Of a DNA stretch of 36,841 bases, positions 6,646 through 16,193 are shown piece after piece (position 1 is the first letter of the stretch; each line of letters opens with the position of its first letter). The stretch comes from a virus (lineage: Duplodnaviria; Caudoviricetes). The notes below the pieces were generated by a model. The model was not told the DNA's origin and ran no database searches. It worked only from the letters and a program-made list of their open reading frames with translations. A program made the position numbers and the translations under genes. The stretch is from positions 1 through 36,841 of IMG/VR virus record IMGVR_UViG_3300017747_003994; one strand, written 5' to 3'.

Positions 6646-8888
6646 TTTTTCCTAGACAGTCAATACCAGAGAATAAAAAAGATGAACAATTTCATCGTGA
6701 TTGTATTCTTGCAACCATAAATTATCATCATGATTATGGTGTTTTTAGAAATGAAAATATTAAAGACCATGAAAATTACCAATTAGTAGATGGTATTTTT
6801 GACCATAAGCAATTTCAATATATGACCGACACTTATGGAATTACTGCTCCTGCACGATTAGTTAATTGGCCGGTAATTGCTCCACGATTAGAATTACTTG
6901 CTGGAGAATTACTTTCACAAGGTTTAGAGTGGACAGTAAATGTTACTAATAGAAATGCTATTGCAAGAAAGAATGAAAAAAAGATTGGTGTCGCTGTAGA
7001 AACATTGCTTCGTCCTATACGAAGAGAGATGGAAGAACTACTTGGTGTGCCAATGGAAGATGAAGATGTTGGAGAAGAAATTCCAAAAGATATTGAAGAA
7101 TTTTCCAATATGAAATTTAGAGATGCTGTTGAGGTAAATGTTAATGTAGGATTAAAATTTTTAGTTCAAAAATATAGTCTTGACCATATTTTTAAAAGAG
7201 GTTTTTATGACCTTTCTATTTGCTCAAAAGAATTTTATAAAGTTTATATAAAAAATGGTGATCCTTATGTTGAAAGGATTGACCCTAGAAATATGATTTG
7301 GGATAAAGATTCTGAATCAGAATTTATTCAAAATGCTTCACTTGCTGGACATAGAAGATACTATGCAATTAATGAAATTCTTGATAGATTTAAATTAGAC
7401 AAGAAACAGGTTGAATGGCTTGAAGATTTATCAACACGTGACCGTTCATATTTTGACGATTTAGGATTCGGTTTTGATTTTTATCGTTTTGATGATGGTG
7501 GTGTATTATCTGTTTGCGTTACTGAACTTCAATGGCGTTCAATTAAAATGATGAAGTATAAGGTTTCTAAAAATCCTTATGACGAAGAAACTCCATTTTA
7601 TAAAATGATGGAAGATGATTATGAAGGTAAAAAAGGTGAAGATATTCGTGAGTATGGCTGTTCAGATGTTAGACAAGGTATTCTTATTGGTCATGAATTA
7701 TTACTTAATTGGGGTAGAAAACCAAATCAATTTCGTCCAGAAGAAAACTATCAACATACAACTTTAGATTATTACGGATGTATTAAAAATAATTTTACAA
7801 GTGTTACATTATCGCCAGTTGATGCATTAAAAAATGTTCAATTGATGACAAACATTGTTTGGTATCATATTGAAAAGGCTTTAGCTGCTTCGGGTGGTAA
7901 GTCGGTTGTTTATGATGTAAGTCAAAAGCCTGAGAAGATTCCTTTAGAAGATGTTTTTTATCATGCCAAGAACTCAGGACTTATCCTTATTAATAGTAAA
8001 CAAGAAGGTAATAAGTATGGAGGAAATGGTTTTAACCAATTTCAATCTGTAGATTTTACTTTATCAAATAGTGTTCAACAGTTAATGAACCTTCTTGCAT
8101 TATTAAATGATACAGCAGATAGAATGACAGGTATTAGTGCTGCACGATCAGGAATAAATAAGTCTGGAGATTTGGTTGGTGTAAATGAAAGAAATGTAAT
8201 GCAATCTACATTAATTACTGCTCCTTTATATGAAATACATTATAAGGTTGTTGGTGATGTTTTACAAGCCTGTGCTAATATTATGCCTTTTTGTTGGGGT
8301 AATGAAGGTCGTATGGTTAATGTTTTTGGAGATACCGGCATGGAAACATTTCATATTGATAAATCAATTGCTAAAGATGAGTACGGTATTTTTGTAAAAA
8401 ACAATGCAAAGGAACTTTCAGATAGAAAAACTATGGCTGCTTTAATTATGCAATATGCTAATTCAGGTGCTATTGATCCTTCAAGTGCTATTCGTTCTGT
8501 TCGTGCCAGTTCTGCTACTGAAATTGAAAATATTATTACAAATGGATTCAAACAAGTTCAAGCACAACAAACTCAAATTGAACAACAAAAGAATGAATTG
8601 ATTAAACAATCAAATGAACTTACTGGTCAGGCTAATGAGTTGAAAAAGTACGATATAGATATGGATTCTAAAACCAAAATTGAAGTTGCTCATATTATGA
8701 GTGAAGGTAGGGCTATTAGTAATGACCAGTTAATGCGTGGAGCAAAAGAAACTACGGATATGAAAAATCGTACAAAGATTGAAGAAACAAATTTAAAGAT
8801 TCAGTCTGAGCGTGAAAAGATGATGGACAGTAAAAACAAACCAGCACCCGATAAAAAAGCCCCTACAAAAAGTACTTCAAAGAAATAA
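6642..8888 (+). CDS. Portal protein
   Basis: 748 aa; ATGA overlap with TerL; crAss-like portal motifs (FPRQSIP..KK, NWPVIAPRLELLAGE, ERIDP, TGIS..RSG, GVNERNVMQS); Gln-rich coiled-coil tail. Confidence 0.9.
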   Translation: MIFPRQSIPENKKDEQFHRDCILATINYHHDYGVFRNENIKDHENYQLVDGIFDHKQFQYMTDTYGITAPARLVNWPVIAPRLELLAGELLSQGLEWTVNVTNRNAIARKNEKKIGVAVETLLRPIRREMEELLGVPMEDEDVGEEIPKDIEEFSNMKFRDAVEVNVNVGLKFLVQKYSLDHIFKRGFYDLSICSKEFYKVYIKNGDPYVERIDPRNMIWDKDSESEFIQNASLAGHRRYYAINEILDRFKLDKKQVEWLEDLSTRDRSYFDDLGFGFDFYRFDDGGVLSVCVTELQWRSIKMMKYKVSKNPYDEETPFYKMMEDDYEGKKGEDIREYGCSDVRQGILIGHELLLNWGRKPNQFRPEENYQHTTLDYYGCIKNNFTSVTLSPVDALKNVQLMTNIVWYHIEKALAASGGKSVVYDVSQKPEKIPLEDVFYHAKNSGLILINSKQEGNKYGGNGFNQFQSVDFTLSNSVQQLMNLLALLNDTADRMTGISAARSGINKSGDLVGVNERNVMQSTLITAPLYEIHYKVVGDVLQACANIMPFCWGNEGRMVNVFGDTGMETFHIDKSIAKDEYGIFVKNNAKELSDRKTMAALIMQYANSGAIDPSSAIRSVRASSATEIENIITNGFKQVQAQQTQIEQQKNELIKQSNELTGQANELKKYDIDMDSKTKIEVAHIMSEGRAISNDQLMRGAKETTDMKNRTKIEETNLKIQSEREKMMDSKNKPAPDKKAPTKSTSKK

Positions 8889-8893
8889 TTATA

Positions 8894-8901
8894 TATATTT
8901 G
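8894..8901 (+). promoter_or_regulatory. Bacteroidota -7 element for the capsid operon
   Basis: TATATTTG about 21 nt upstream of ATG 8923. Confidence 0.7.
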
Positions 8902-8922
8902 TATTAAAGAAAAAGAAAAGTT

Positions 8923-9999
8923 ATGGCAAATGAAAATGAAATGAACATTGAATTAGCAAAAAAGTTTGCTGAAGAAGATGTAGATATTGAAAATAATATC
9001 GATGCAAATAATGGTAGTGAAGTTAATAATAAAGGTGAAGAAATTAATTCTAAAACCGATAATAGAGAAACTGAAAATACCGATAATGATGGTTCTTTGA
9101 CATGGAGTGATTTTAGTGATTCAGCCGATGAAGATGAAAAAGGGTTTGATGAAAATAAAAGATCCAATAATAATGATGAAACTAATGAACAAAAAACTGT
9201 TCGATTAGAAGTTGAGCAAAACGATAATTCTGATAATAAAAATTCAAATAACCAAAAGCCAGTTATTTCAAAAGAAATTTATACTGAACTTGGAGTTGAA
9301 GAAAATGAACCAATCGAAAAAACTGTTGAGGCTATTAAAAAGTTAAAACAAGAGAATGAGGAACTTCGTATGAAGACTACTCCTTCTAAATTTGACGAAC
9401 AGATTTTAAAATTAAATGAAGTTCTTAAATTAAAAGATGATGCTTTGATGATTAAGGATTTAGTCCTTAATGGTATGAATGAAGAAGATGCTGAAATTGC
9501 TGTTGAAAAAATGGAAAACAGTGGTGTTCTTGTTATCGAAGCTAGAAAATTGCGTAATGGAATCAACGGATACGTTGGTGAACTAGAAAATAAAAAAAAG
9601 GAAGAGTACAAAGAATCGAGTTCAATGAACGATAAAGATTTAATGTATTCTAAAGAGAAACTAAAAAGTCATTTAGAAAATACTCAAACGATGTTTGATA
9701 TTAAAGTGGCTAAAAATGATTCTGACCTTAAAAAATTTCAAGGTTCACATTATGAATACATCACAAGTGGTAAATTTCTGAGAGAGATTACTGCAAACGA
9801 ATCAGAGTTAGCTGAAATAGCTTTCATCTATCGTAATAAAAATGTGATAAAGCAAATATTAAAAAGTCGTGGAGAAAACTCTGCTACTGCCAAACTTTTG
9901 AATACTCTAAAAAATGCAGAAATGCCAGGAGTAAACAAAGTAAATGTTTCAACAAGCAAAGGTGCTTTTGATCCAAGAAGGTTTGTAGGAGAAGATTAA
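8923..9999 (+). CDS. Putative scaffolding/head assembly protein
   Basis: Acidic low-complexity N-terminus and helical C-terminus; lies between portal and MCP. Confidence 0.65.
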   Translation: MANENEMNIELAKKFAEEDVDIENNIDANNGSEVNNKGEEINSKTDNRETENTDNDGSLTWSDFSDSADEDEKGFDENKRSNNNDETNEQKTVRLEVEQNDNSDNKNSNNQKPVISKEIYTELGVEENEPIEKTVEAIKKLKQENEELRMKTTPSKFDEQILKLNEVLKLKDDALMIKDLVLNGMNEEDAEIAVEKMENSGVLVIEARKLRNGINGYVGELENKKKEEYKESSSMNDKDLMYSKEKLKSHLENTQTMFDIKVAKNDSDLKKFQGSHYEYITSGKFLREITANESELAEIAFIYRNKNVIKQILKSRGENSATAKLLNTLKNAEMPGVNKVNVSTSKGAFDPRRFVGED

Positions 10000-10057
10000 A
10001 AGATTGTATTTTAGGTAGCCGATTAAATTAAAATGTTTAATCAAAAACCAAATTAAA

Positions 10058-11437
10058 ATGCGTACATACAAAGGTTCTTATGGTAATGAAACCATGGAAA
10101 GTAATGCTCTAGTGACGAATCTCTTGAAATTTCCTGAGATCGAGCGTAAATTAACTCGTCAATTTCCACAATACTCTGTTGCCTATTTTACCGAAGGAAC
10201 AGGTCGTTTTGCAAAAGAAAAATTAATCGGTGATGTAAAATTCTCATGGCCAATATTAGGTCGTACAAATCGTCCATCGACTTGTACTGGAACTTCTTCT
10301 GGTGATGGTTCAGCACATGCTTCAGCAACTGTTGAATTTGAAGAGAATTATTTCAATCCAAATGACGTAATCAGATTTGCTGATGGTAACCAAGGTGTTA
10401 TTATCGGATTACCTGTAGCTTCTGCGGGAGGATATACCTATACTTACAAACTTCAAGATTCATCAATTATTGGAACTTCAGCTGTTGCAGCTGCAGCTCT
10501 TTTAGCTGGTGTTACTGTTGGTAAAATTGGTACTGCATTTACTGAGTCTTCTGAAAAAGGATACGAAAACCACGTTTATCCAGACTGGTATACAAATTAC
10601 ATTGGTATCAATCGTAAGGCTAGAAGTATTTCTGGTTCTGCATTGACTGATGTAACTTGGATTGAAAATGCTGGAAGCCGTTTATGGTATTTCACTGATC
10701 AAATGATTGCTGAAGATGATTTCCGTTACGAAAAAGAATTAGATGCTTGGTATTCAATTTCTACAATGGATTCTAATGGTAATCCAACAATGTTCGATAC
10801 TAATGGTCGTCCAATCATTAAAGGTGATGGTTTACTTCGTCAGATTGACTCTGCAAATATTGATACATATAATGGTATATTAACTGAACAACGTATTCAA
10901 GATTTCTTGATGCAATTGTTTTTAAATACTGGTAAAAAAGGTCAACATTGGTTAGTATACACTGGTTCTGGTGGACGTGTAGCTTTTGCTAATGCTATGA
11001 AAGCATTTGTTATGACTAACGGAAATATGATTTACAATGCTGCTGTTGGTAAGGAAATGAATATTGGTGTAAACTTTACTTCATACAATGCTTTTGGTGT
11101 TAGTATGACATTGGTTGATGCTCCAATCTTTGATGATCCAAACATACACGGAAACAATATTGATGCAAATTCAGGTTTACCAAAGGAATCTTTCCGTATG
11201 GTATTTATGAACTTTGATATGGTTGGTGGTGAATCAAACATCGAGCGTCTTGTTAAAGGTGCTGAAGGAATGTCAAGAGGATATATCTGTAAGTATATTG
11301 CAGGTATGGTAAATCCATTTGACCAAAAAACAATGATGTCTGCCAATTCAAGTGACTCATTTAAATGTGAGTATTTGACTGAAGGTGGTTACATCATCAG
11401 AAACCCATTGTCTTGCGGTATGCTTGTAATGGCTTAA
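10058..11437 (+). CDS. Major capsid protein (HK97 fold, crAss-like)
   Basis: 459 aa; position; high-expression codon bias; motifs ISGSA, KGDGLLRQI, YTGSGG, PIFDD, GYIIRNP at the C-terminus. Confidence 0.9.
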   Translation: MRTYKGSYGNETMESNALVTNLLKFPEIERKLTRQFPQYSVAYFTEGTGRFAKEKLIGDVKFSWPILGRTNRPSTCTGTSSGDGSAHASATVEFEENYFNPNDVIRFADGNQGVIIGLPVASAGGYTYTYKLQDSSIIGTSAVAAAALLAGVTVGKIGTAFTESSEKGYENHVYPDWYTNYIGINRKARSISGSALTDVTWIENAGSRLWYFTDQMIAEDDFRYEKELDAWYSISTMDSNGNPTMFDTNGRPIIKGDGLLRQIDSANIDTYNGILTEQRIQDFLMQLFLNTGKKGQHWLVYTGSGGRVAFANAMKAFVMTNGNMIYNAAVGKEMNIGVNFTSYNAFGVSMTLVDAPIFDDPNIHGNNIDANSGLPKESFRMVFMNFDMVGGESNIERLVKGAEGMSRGYICKYIAGMVNPFDQKTMMSANSSDSFKCEYLTEGGYIIRNPLSCGMLVMA

Positions 11438-11477
11438 AAGTAAATTGAATATAAACTAAAAAAGAAAAAGAAAAGTT

Positions 11478-12467
11478 ATGGAGAAAGAAAGAGTAATTAG
11501 TCAGGCATTAAAAGATTTATTGCCGACTAAAGTTTATCAGGAATTAATAATGCTTCCGGAAACTGGTCAGGCGGAAATCCGCCTGGTCAATCCGAAGCGT
11601 GTGGGAACAATTGTAGTTAGAGATTATACCGATCATGATGGTATTTATCGTCAATTTTATGATGAACATGGTAATCCAAAAACAACAAGATATAATAAGA
11701 AAAAGATATTGAGTTTTTCAAAAATCAATGACTGCTTAGAATATCTTCATGTAAAAGATCATATAGTTTATTGTAAATCTAACACTCCTGTTTTTCTTCC
11801 TGTAAATATTCATGCTCAAGCAATTGAAGATGTTGAGAAAATGGACTTAGAAGGAAAAGTTAGAGGGATTATTAGTGAACTAAAAGGTCAAAAGCTTTTT
11901 ATGTTTGCTCGATTACTTGCTATTCCAGTAAACGTTGCTTCTAGCGAAGCCATTATCAAGAAATTGGTATATGATGCTGTTCGTAAGAATCCAGCTAAAG
12001 TATTGGAAGAGTATGAATCTCCTGATAAAGTTTATAAAGAAGTTTTCTTTATGGCAAAGGAAAGTAAGATTATTCGTGAAGCGCAAGGATTATGGTTTTT
12101 TAATAATGAACGAATTGGTATTAACCAAGAACAAGCTATTAATTGGCTTAAAATAAATTAAGATTTAATACCATCAATTAATACGCAACTCGGTATTAAA
12201 AATACTCAAGGAATCGTGCCAGTACCAGTAGCGGTAGCTCCGCAACCTGTATCTTCATTAGTTGTAAATCCTGATGAAGAGACTGAAAGATTAGAATATG
12301 TTAAACTTGCAGAAGAGGCTGTTACCGAGGGAAACCTTGAAGTAGCAATCGAAATGTATGGTCATTCATTGAAAATTAAATCAGTTCCGGCATTCCATAA
12401 AAAGGTTAAGGATATGAAGTTAAAACTAGAGGCTAATAAAAAAGAACTTGCTAAAACTGAAGAGTAA
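11478..12467 (+). CDS. Conserved post-MCP protein interrupted by one in-frame TAA (12159-12161); track ORFs 11478..12161 and 12216..12467 share a frame
   Basis: Reads ...AINWLKIN*DLIPSINTQLGIKNTQGIVPVPVAVAPQ... with no further stop until 12467; C-terminus has a TPR-like repeat. Confidence 0.65.
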
Positions 12468-13108
12468 TGACTATAATTCAAATGCATACCGCCTGTGATG
12501 AGTTAATGGATAAGCCAGGTAATCCTTGGTTTAATTCAACTCAAAAAGATTTTTATTTGAATGAGGCTATTGTCGAATTCACTAAAGAAAGGTATGCTCA
12601 ATTTGAACTTAATGAAAAAAGACGTGAAGACCTTGTTTCATTGGTTCGTAAAAAGTCTTTTACTGTTCCTATAATTACATTGAATAATATCAATGTTCCT
12701 AGTTTTATGTACATTCTTGCTTTGTCTGCAAGTTATACTGATATATGCGATAACCAAAGGTCGGCGCCTGTAAAACCCATGAAATGGGATGATTATAACG
12801 AAAGCCAACGGGATCCATTTAATGTTCCGGATAATGAAAATCCTATTTATTTAACAAATAATAATGGAACAGTTGATATTATAGATATAAAAGGAATAAC
12901 AAATTTTGTTAGTGCTGATTTAGTTTATCTTAAATTACCGGTAACGGTTTTAAATGATGAAACAAATCCAACTAATAATGTAAATTGTGATTTACCTTTA
13001 GCTACTCATAATGAGATTGTAAATATCGCTGTTCGTAAAATGTTAGGTACTGTCAAGGATCCAAATTATCAAGTTCAAATGAACGAAATTAAAACTGCTA
13101 ACACATAA
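12467..13108 (+). CDS. Tail ring protein (crAss R3/R4-like; P22 gp4 / T7 gp11-like adaptor fold)
   Basis: MTIIQMH...DK...DFYLNEA...FELNEKRREDL...DPFN.P...YLKLP...CDLP..THNEIVNIAV pattern. Confidence 0.8.
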   Translation: MTIIQMHTACDELMDKPGNPWFNSTQKDFYLNEAIVEFTKERYAQFELNEKRREDLVSLVRKKSFTVPIITLNNINVPSFMYILALSASYTDICDNQRSAPVKPMKWDDYNESQRDPFNVPDNENPIYLTNNNGTVDIIDIKGITNFVSADLVYLKLPVTVLNDETNPTNNVNCDLPLATHNEIVNIAVRKMLGTVKDPNYQVQMNEIKTANT

Positions 13109-13138
13109 TTTTCAAAATCAAAAAAATAAAAAATTCTT

Positions 13139-13828
13139 ATGGGAGTTAATATTGGACCAAATCGCAGAGCGATTCTTGCCCAAGGGCACACACCAGCTTT
13201 AGCTAGTGGAAAAGTTGATTTATCACCTTCATTTGTAGTTTCTTCAGATTCTCTTTTGGGTGCTGTTTCACATGTTTATGCGGCGGGTACTGCCCGTGTA
13301 ATTGAAGTAACTTTTGCGGGAACATACGCTGCTGGCGATGTTGTAAAAGTAACTATTGTTGATAATAGTGAAAGCCGTCAAATTTGGAGAAAACAATATC
13401 AGTATACTGTTGTTGCTGGCGATAATGTAACTTCAATTGCTAATGCTGTTGAAGCATTAATTAATGCTGATACATTAGCACCTTATACTGCTTCAAATTC
13501 TTCTGGTGTTCTTATTATTACTGCTAACCAAACTTTAAAAAACAGTATGGTTGGTTATGTATATGCTGATTCTACTGCAGGAACTATTGCTTATGCAGTA
13601 GATGTTGCTGGAACAGTTTCTTCAGGAACTCCAGCTCAAGCAATTGTAGATGGTATTAGTGCTGACTTAATTACTAACTCAACATTCGATGTTGTAGTAA
13701 TTCAATACAACCCAAGTGCTGACCAAAATTTTACCGATGGAACGGTTGATGGTAAAAGTATGGAACTTGTTTGGTATGGTGATGCTGGAGAAGGTAATGA
13801 CTTAGCTACATTAATTAACGGACTTTAA
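13139..13828 (+). CDS. Putative auxiliary capsid/decoration structural protein
   Basis: Ala/Thr/Val/Gly-rich beta protein with high-expression codons; last gene before a strong terminator; syntenic with the crAss auxiliary capsid protein. Confidence 0.6.
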   Translation: MGVNIGPNRRAILAQGHTPALASGKVDLSPSFVVSSDSLLGAVSHVYAAGTARVIEVTFAGTYAAGDVVKVTIVDNSESRQIWRKQYQYTVVAGDNVTSIANAVEALINADTLAPYTASNSSGVLIITANQTLKNSMVGYVYADSTAGTIAYAVDVAGTVSSGTPAQAIVDGISADLITNSTFDVVVIQYNPSADQNFTDGTVDGKSMELVWYGDAGEGNDLATLINGL

Positions 13829-13857
13829 TTAAAACTTTTTATTTAAAATATGTAACT

Positions 13858-13886
13858 GGTCGGGAGAAATCCCGACCTTTATTTTT
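13858..13886 (+). terminator. Intrinsic terminator
   Basis: GGTCGGGA-GAAA-TCCCGACC perfect 8-bp stem followed by TTTATTTTT. Confidence 0.9.
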
Positions 13887-13893
13887 ATATTTG
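13886..13893 (+). promoter_or_regulatory. Bacteroidota -7 element for the tail/cargo operon
   Basis: TATATTTG about 22 nt upstream of ATG 13916. Confidence 0.65.
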
Positions 13894-13915
13894 CTTACTT
13901 GCTAATTTTTAATTT

Positions 13916-14605
13916 ATGGAAAGTCTTAATAGTTTTATTTATAATATCCGTAATAGTCCAAAGGCAGGGCAAGGTAATTCGGATGATAACAAATTAAATC
14001 CTCGACAGATTGAATTTTGGATTCGGTATTATCGTGCTTCTATTCTAAAAGAAATGATGTTGAAGAATTTATCAATTGATGCAATCTTTCAACAAGACTT
14101 AGGAGTTGTTCCACTTACTGAAGTGGATATGACTGATCAAAATTGTAGCGAATTATTAAAATGGGGATGCAATATTAAAAAAGTAAAAATTCCTGTTCCT
14201 GTTATGGGTAGTGGTAATAGTCCTGCTCTTTGGGTTGGTTTTATAAATAAACAAAATCCAATTATTGTAAGTAAGGCTAATCATGTTTTTTTTCGTGAAA
14301 AAACACATTTTGGTAAAAACGTTAATCGTTCATTTCTTATTGGTAATACATTGTATGTAATGTTTAAAAATGAATTTAAAAAAACAAAATATATTAATGT
14401 TCGTTTAATTGCAGAGCAACCAAAAGATGCTTATAATTATTCAACTGAAGGATGTACCCCTACATGTTTTAATCCAATGACTGACGCTTATCCATTGTCA
14501 CTTGATGTTTATCAAAAAATTGTAGATAAAATTTTCCCAAGAGAATTAACTATTATTCAATCTTCAAAAACTGACGAAATAAACGATGGCCGGGAAGATA
14601 CCTAG
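13916..14605 (+). CDS. Tail ring protein (crAss R2-like)
   Basis: SDD..L..RQIEFWI..YRA...QDLG.V.L..VD...INVRLIAEQP...YP pattern; synteny. Confidence 0.75.
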   Translation: MESLNSFIYNIRNSPKAGQGNSDDNKLNPRQIEFWIRYYRASILKEMMLKNLSIDAIFQQDLGVVPLTEVDMTDQNCSELLKWGCNIKKVKIPVPVMGSGNSPALWVGFINKQNPIIVSKANHVFFREKTHFGKNVNRSFLIGNTLYVMFKNEFKKTKYINVRLIAEQPKDAYNYSTEGCTPTCFNPMTDAYPLSLDVYQKIVDKIFPRELTIIQSSKTDEINDGREDT

Positions 14606-15017
14606 ACAATTTAAGATGAAAGACATCTATGATTATTGTCGAGCAAATAAAATGCTTACGACACAAGATGGTTATGTTTTAAGTCAAGATGAATTTTCAA
14701 AGATTATTCATTATTATTATTTAAATGGAATGAAATATTCTATTGAAAATAATGAACCAGTTCGGTTATTTGCAAAAAACTTTTGCTTACCCGTAAAAAC
14801 ATTGTGTACTCATTATTTACCTATTGGTATTGATATGAGTAAATACGATTATAGATTTACTTTTTTATTCCTTTCATGCTCTAAAAAGTTTCGAAACTTT
14901 AAATTTAAAACTGCTCCAAGAATTAAAAAATTAATTATGAAGCAAGTTGAATTAGGTAAAGAATATTTAGATATTACAATGGATGGAAATCAACAATACG
15001 CACCTCAACAAAAATAA
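14586..15017 (+). CDS. IHF/HU-like protein of the crAss tail module
   Basis: Basic 143 aa with KDIY...FSKII...FKFKTAPRIKK; located between ring genes, as in crAss-like phages. Confidence 0.55.
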   Translation: MAGKIPRQFKMKDIYDYCRANKMLTTQDGYVLSQDEFSKIIHYYYLNGMKYSIENNEPVRLFAKNFCLPVKTLCTHYLPIGIDMSKYDYRFTFLFLSCSKKFRNFKFKTAPRIKKLIMKQVELGKEYLDITMDGNQQYAPQQK

Positions 15018-15020
15018 TTT

Positions 15021-16193
15021 ATGAGTTTAAATTCACAACAACATGTAAGTATTTATTCGGCTATCGATGCTGCAATGACTTTACTTCAATTAGAAAATCC
15101 AAATGAGGTATTGGAAGATTTTGCTCGTTGGGCTTATGAAGCTGAAACAAAAATTGGATCTAGTGATACATATAAAAGATTTGAGTGTGAACTAGAGGTT
15201 GAAGATTATCAAGCTTGTGTTCCAGATAATTTTATTTATTTAAATGCATTAAAGATTGGCGAAACATATTTGGATGTAACCAAACGTGATTTTAGAATGT
15301 TTAATAAAGCTAAAAGTTCTCCAGTTGTTACCACTCCTGAAAGATATCTTTCCGGTAATAAGATTGTATGTAATCCTGGACAGGCTGGCTCTATTGCCTA
15401 CGTTTTTTCAGGAGTGTTTTTAGTTGGAGATTTAATTATTCTAACTATTACAAATAATGATTGTGGTAATTTAGTTACAAATAGCTTTCAGCATTTAGTT
15501 GTTGGTGGTGAAACAACTCCTGATATTTTAACAGACTTTGCAGCACAAGTAAATGCAATATTACTTCCATATTCAGCTATTGCTGATACAATGGTTTCAC
15601 GATTAATAATTACAGGTCGTGATGCTACAGTTAATTTTAATTTACTTAGTTCAACAACTTCTATTACTGGAACGATTTCTAATTTAGTTATTCAAAGAAG
15701 AGTTGCTCCAAGAGAAGGTGATGATTGTGATACGTGTGATGATACACCATCTATTGTTCCAGCTAAAGGTTCAAATAATCTTGCTAATCGTTCTGCCGTT
15801 AATTTAAATAATCAAGCTACAGGTAAACTAAATGTTTTTGGTGGTAGTAATGCTGTTTATTCAATAATAAATAATAAAATTTTTTTTAATACTATTGAGA
15901 ATGGTAAAGTAGGTATTTCTTATATGGGAATTTATTTAGATGAAGATGGATGGCCAATGGTTAAGAATAATCATATTAAAGCTGTTTCAACATATTTAAT
16001 TTATATGTATAAGTATAGAGATTTTATTTCAGGAAAAACTCCACAGTATGTCATTGTTCAACTTGACCGTGATTGGACTTGGGAATGTGGACAAGCTCGT
16101 GGTAATGATGAAATGCCAGATGCTAATGAATATAAATATCTTGCTAACCAACACATGCAATTACTTCCATTACCAAATAAAAATAATTTCTAA
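15021..16193 (+). CDS. Tail tubular/ring protein (R1-like) with an inserted domain
   Basis: W.YEA..KIG...LEVEDYQACVP N-terminus and YSI.NN.I.FN.IENGKV.ISY.GI..DEDGWP C-terminus; directly precedes the muzzle. Confidence 0.75.
   Translation: MSLNSQQHVSIYSAIDAAMTLLQLENPNEVLEDFARWAYEAETKIGSSDTYKRFECELEVEDYQACVPDNFIYLNALKIGETYLDVTKRDFRMFNKAKSSPVVTTPERYLSGNKIVCNPGQAGSIAYVFSGVFLVGDLIILTITNNDCGNLVTNSFQHLVVGGETTPDILTDFAAQVNAILLPYSAIADTMVSRLIITGRDATVNFNLLSSTTSITGTISNLVIQRRVAPREGDDCDTCDDTPSIVPAKGSNNLANRSAVNLNNQATGKLNVFGGSNAVYSIINNKIFFNTIENGKVGISYMGIYLDEDGWPMVKNNHIKAVSTYLIYMYKYRDFISGKTPQYVIVQLDRDWTWECGQARGNDEMPDANEYKYLANQHMQLLPLPNKNNF

Noticed and set aside
13139-13828. Contractile tail sheath gene (myovirus)
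   Set aside because: Only a small sheath-like surface domain in a 229-aa protein; the ring/muzzle context indicates a short podovirus-type tail.
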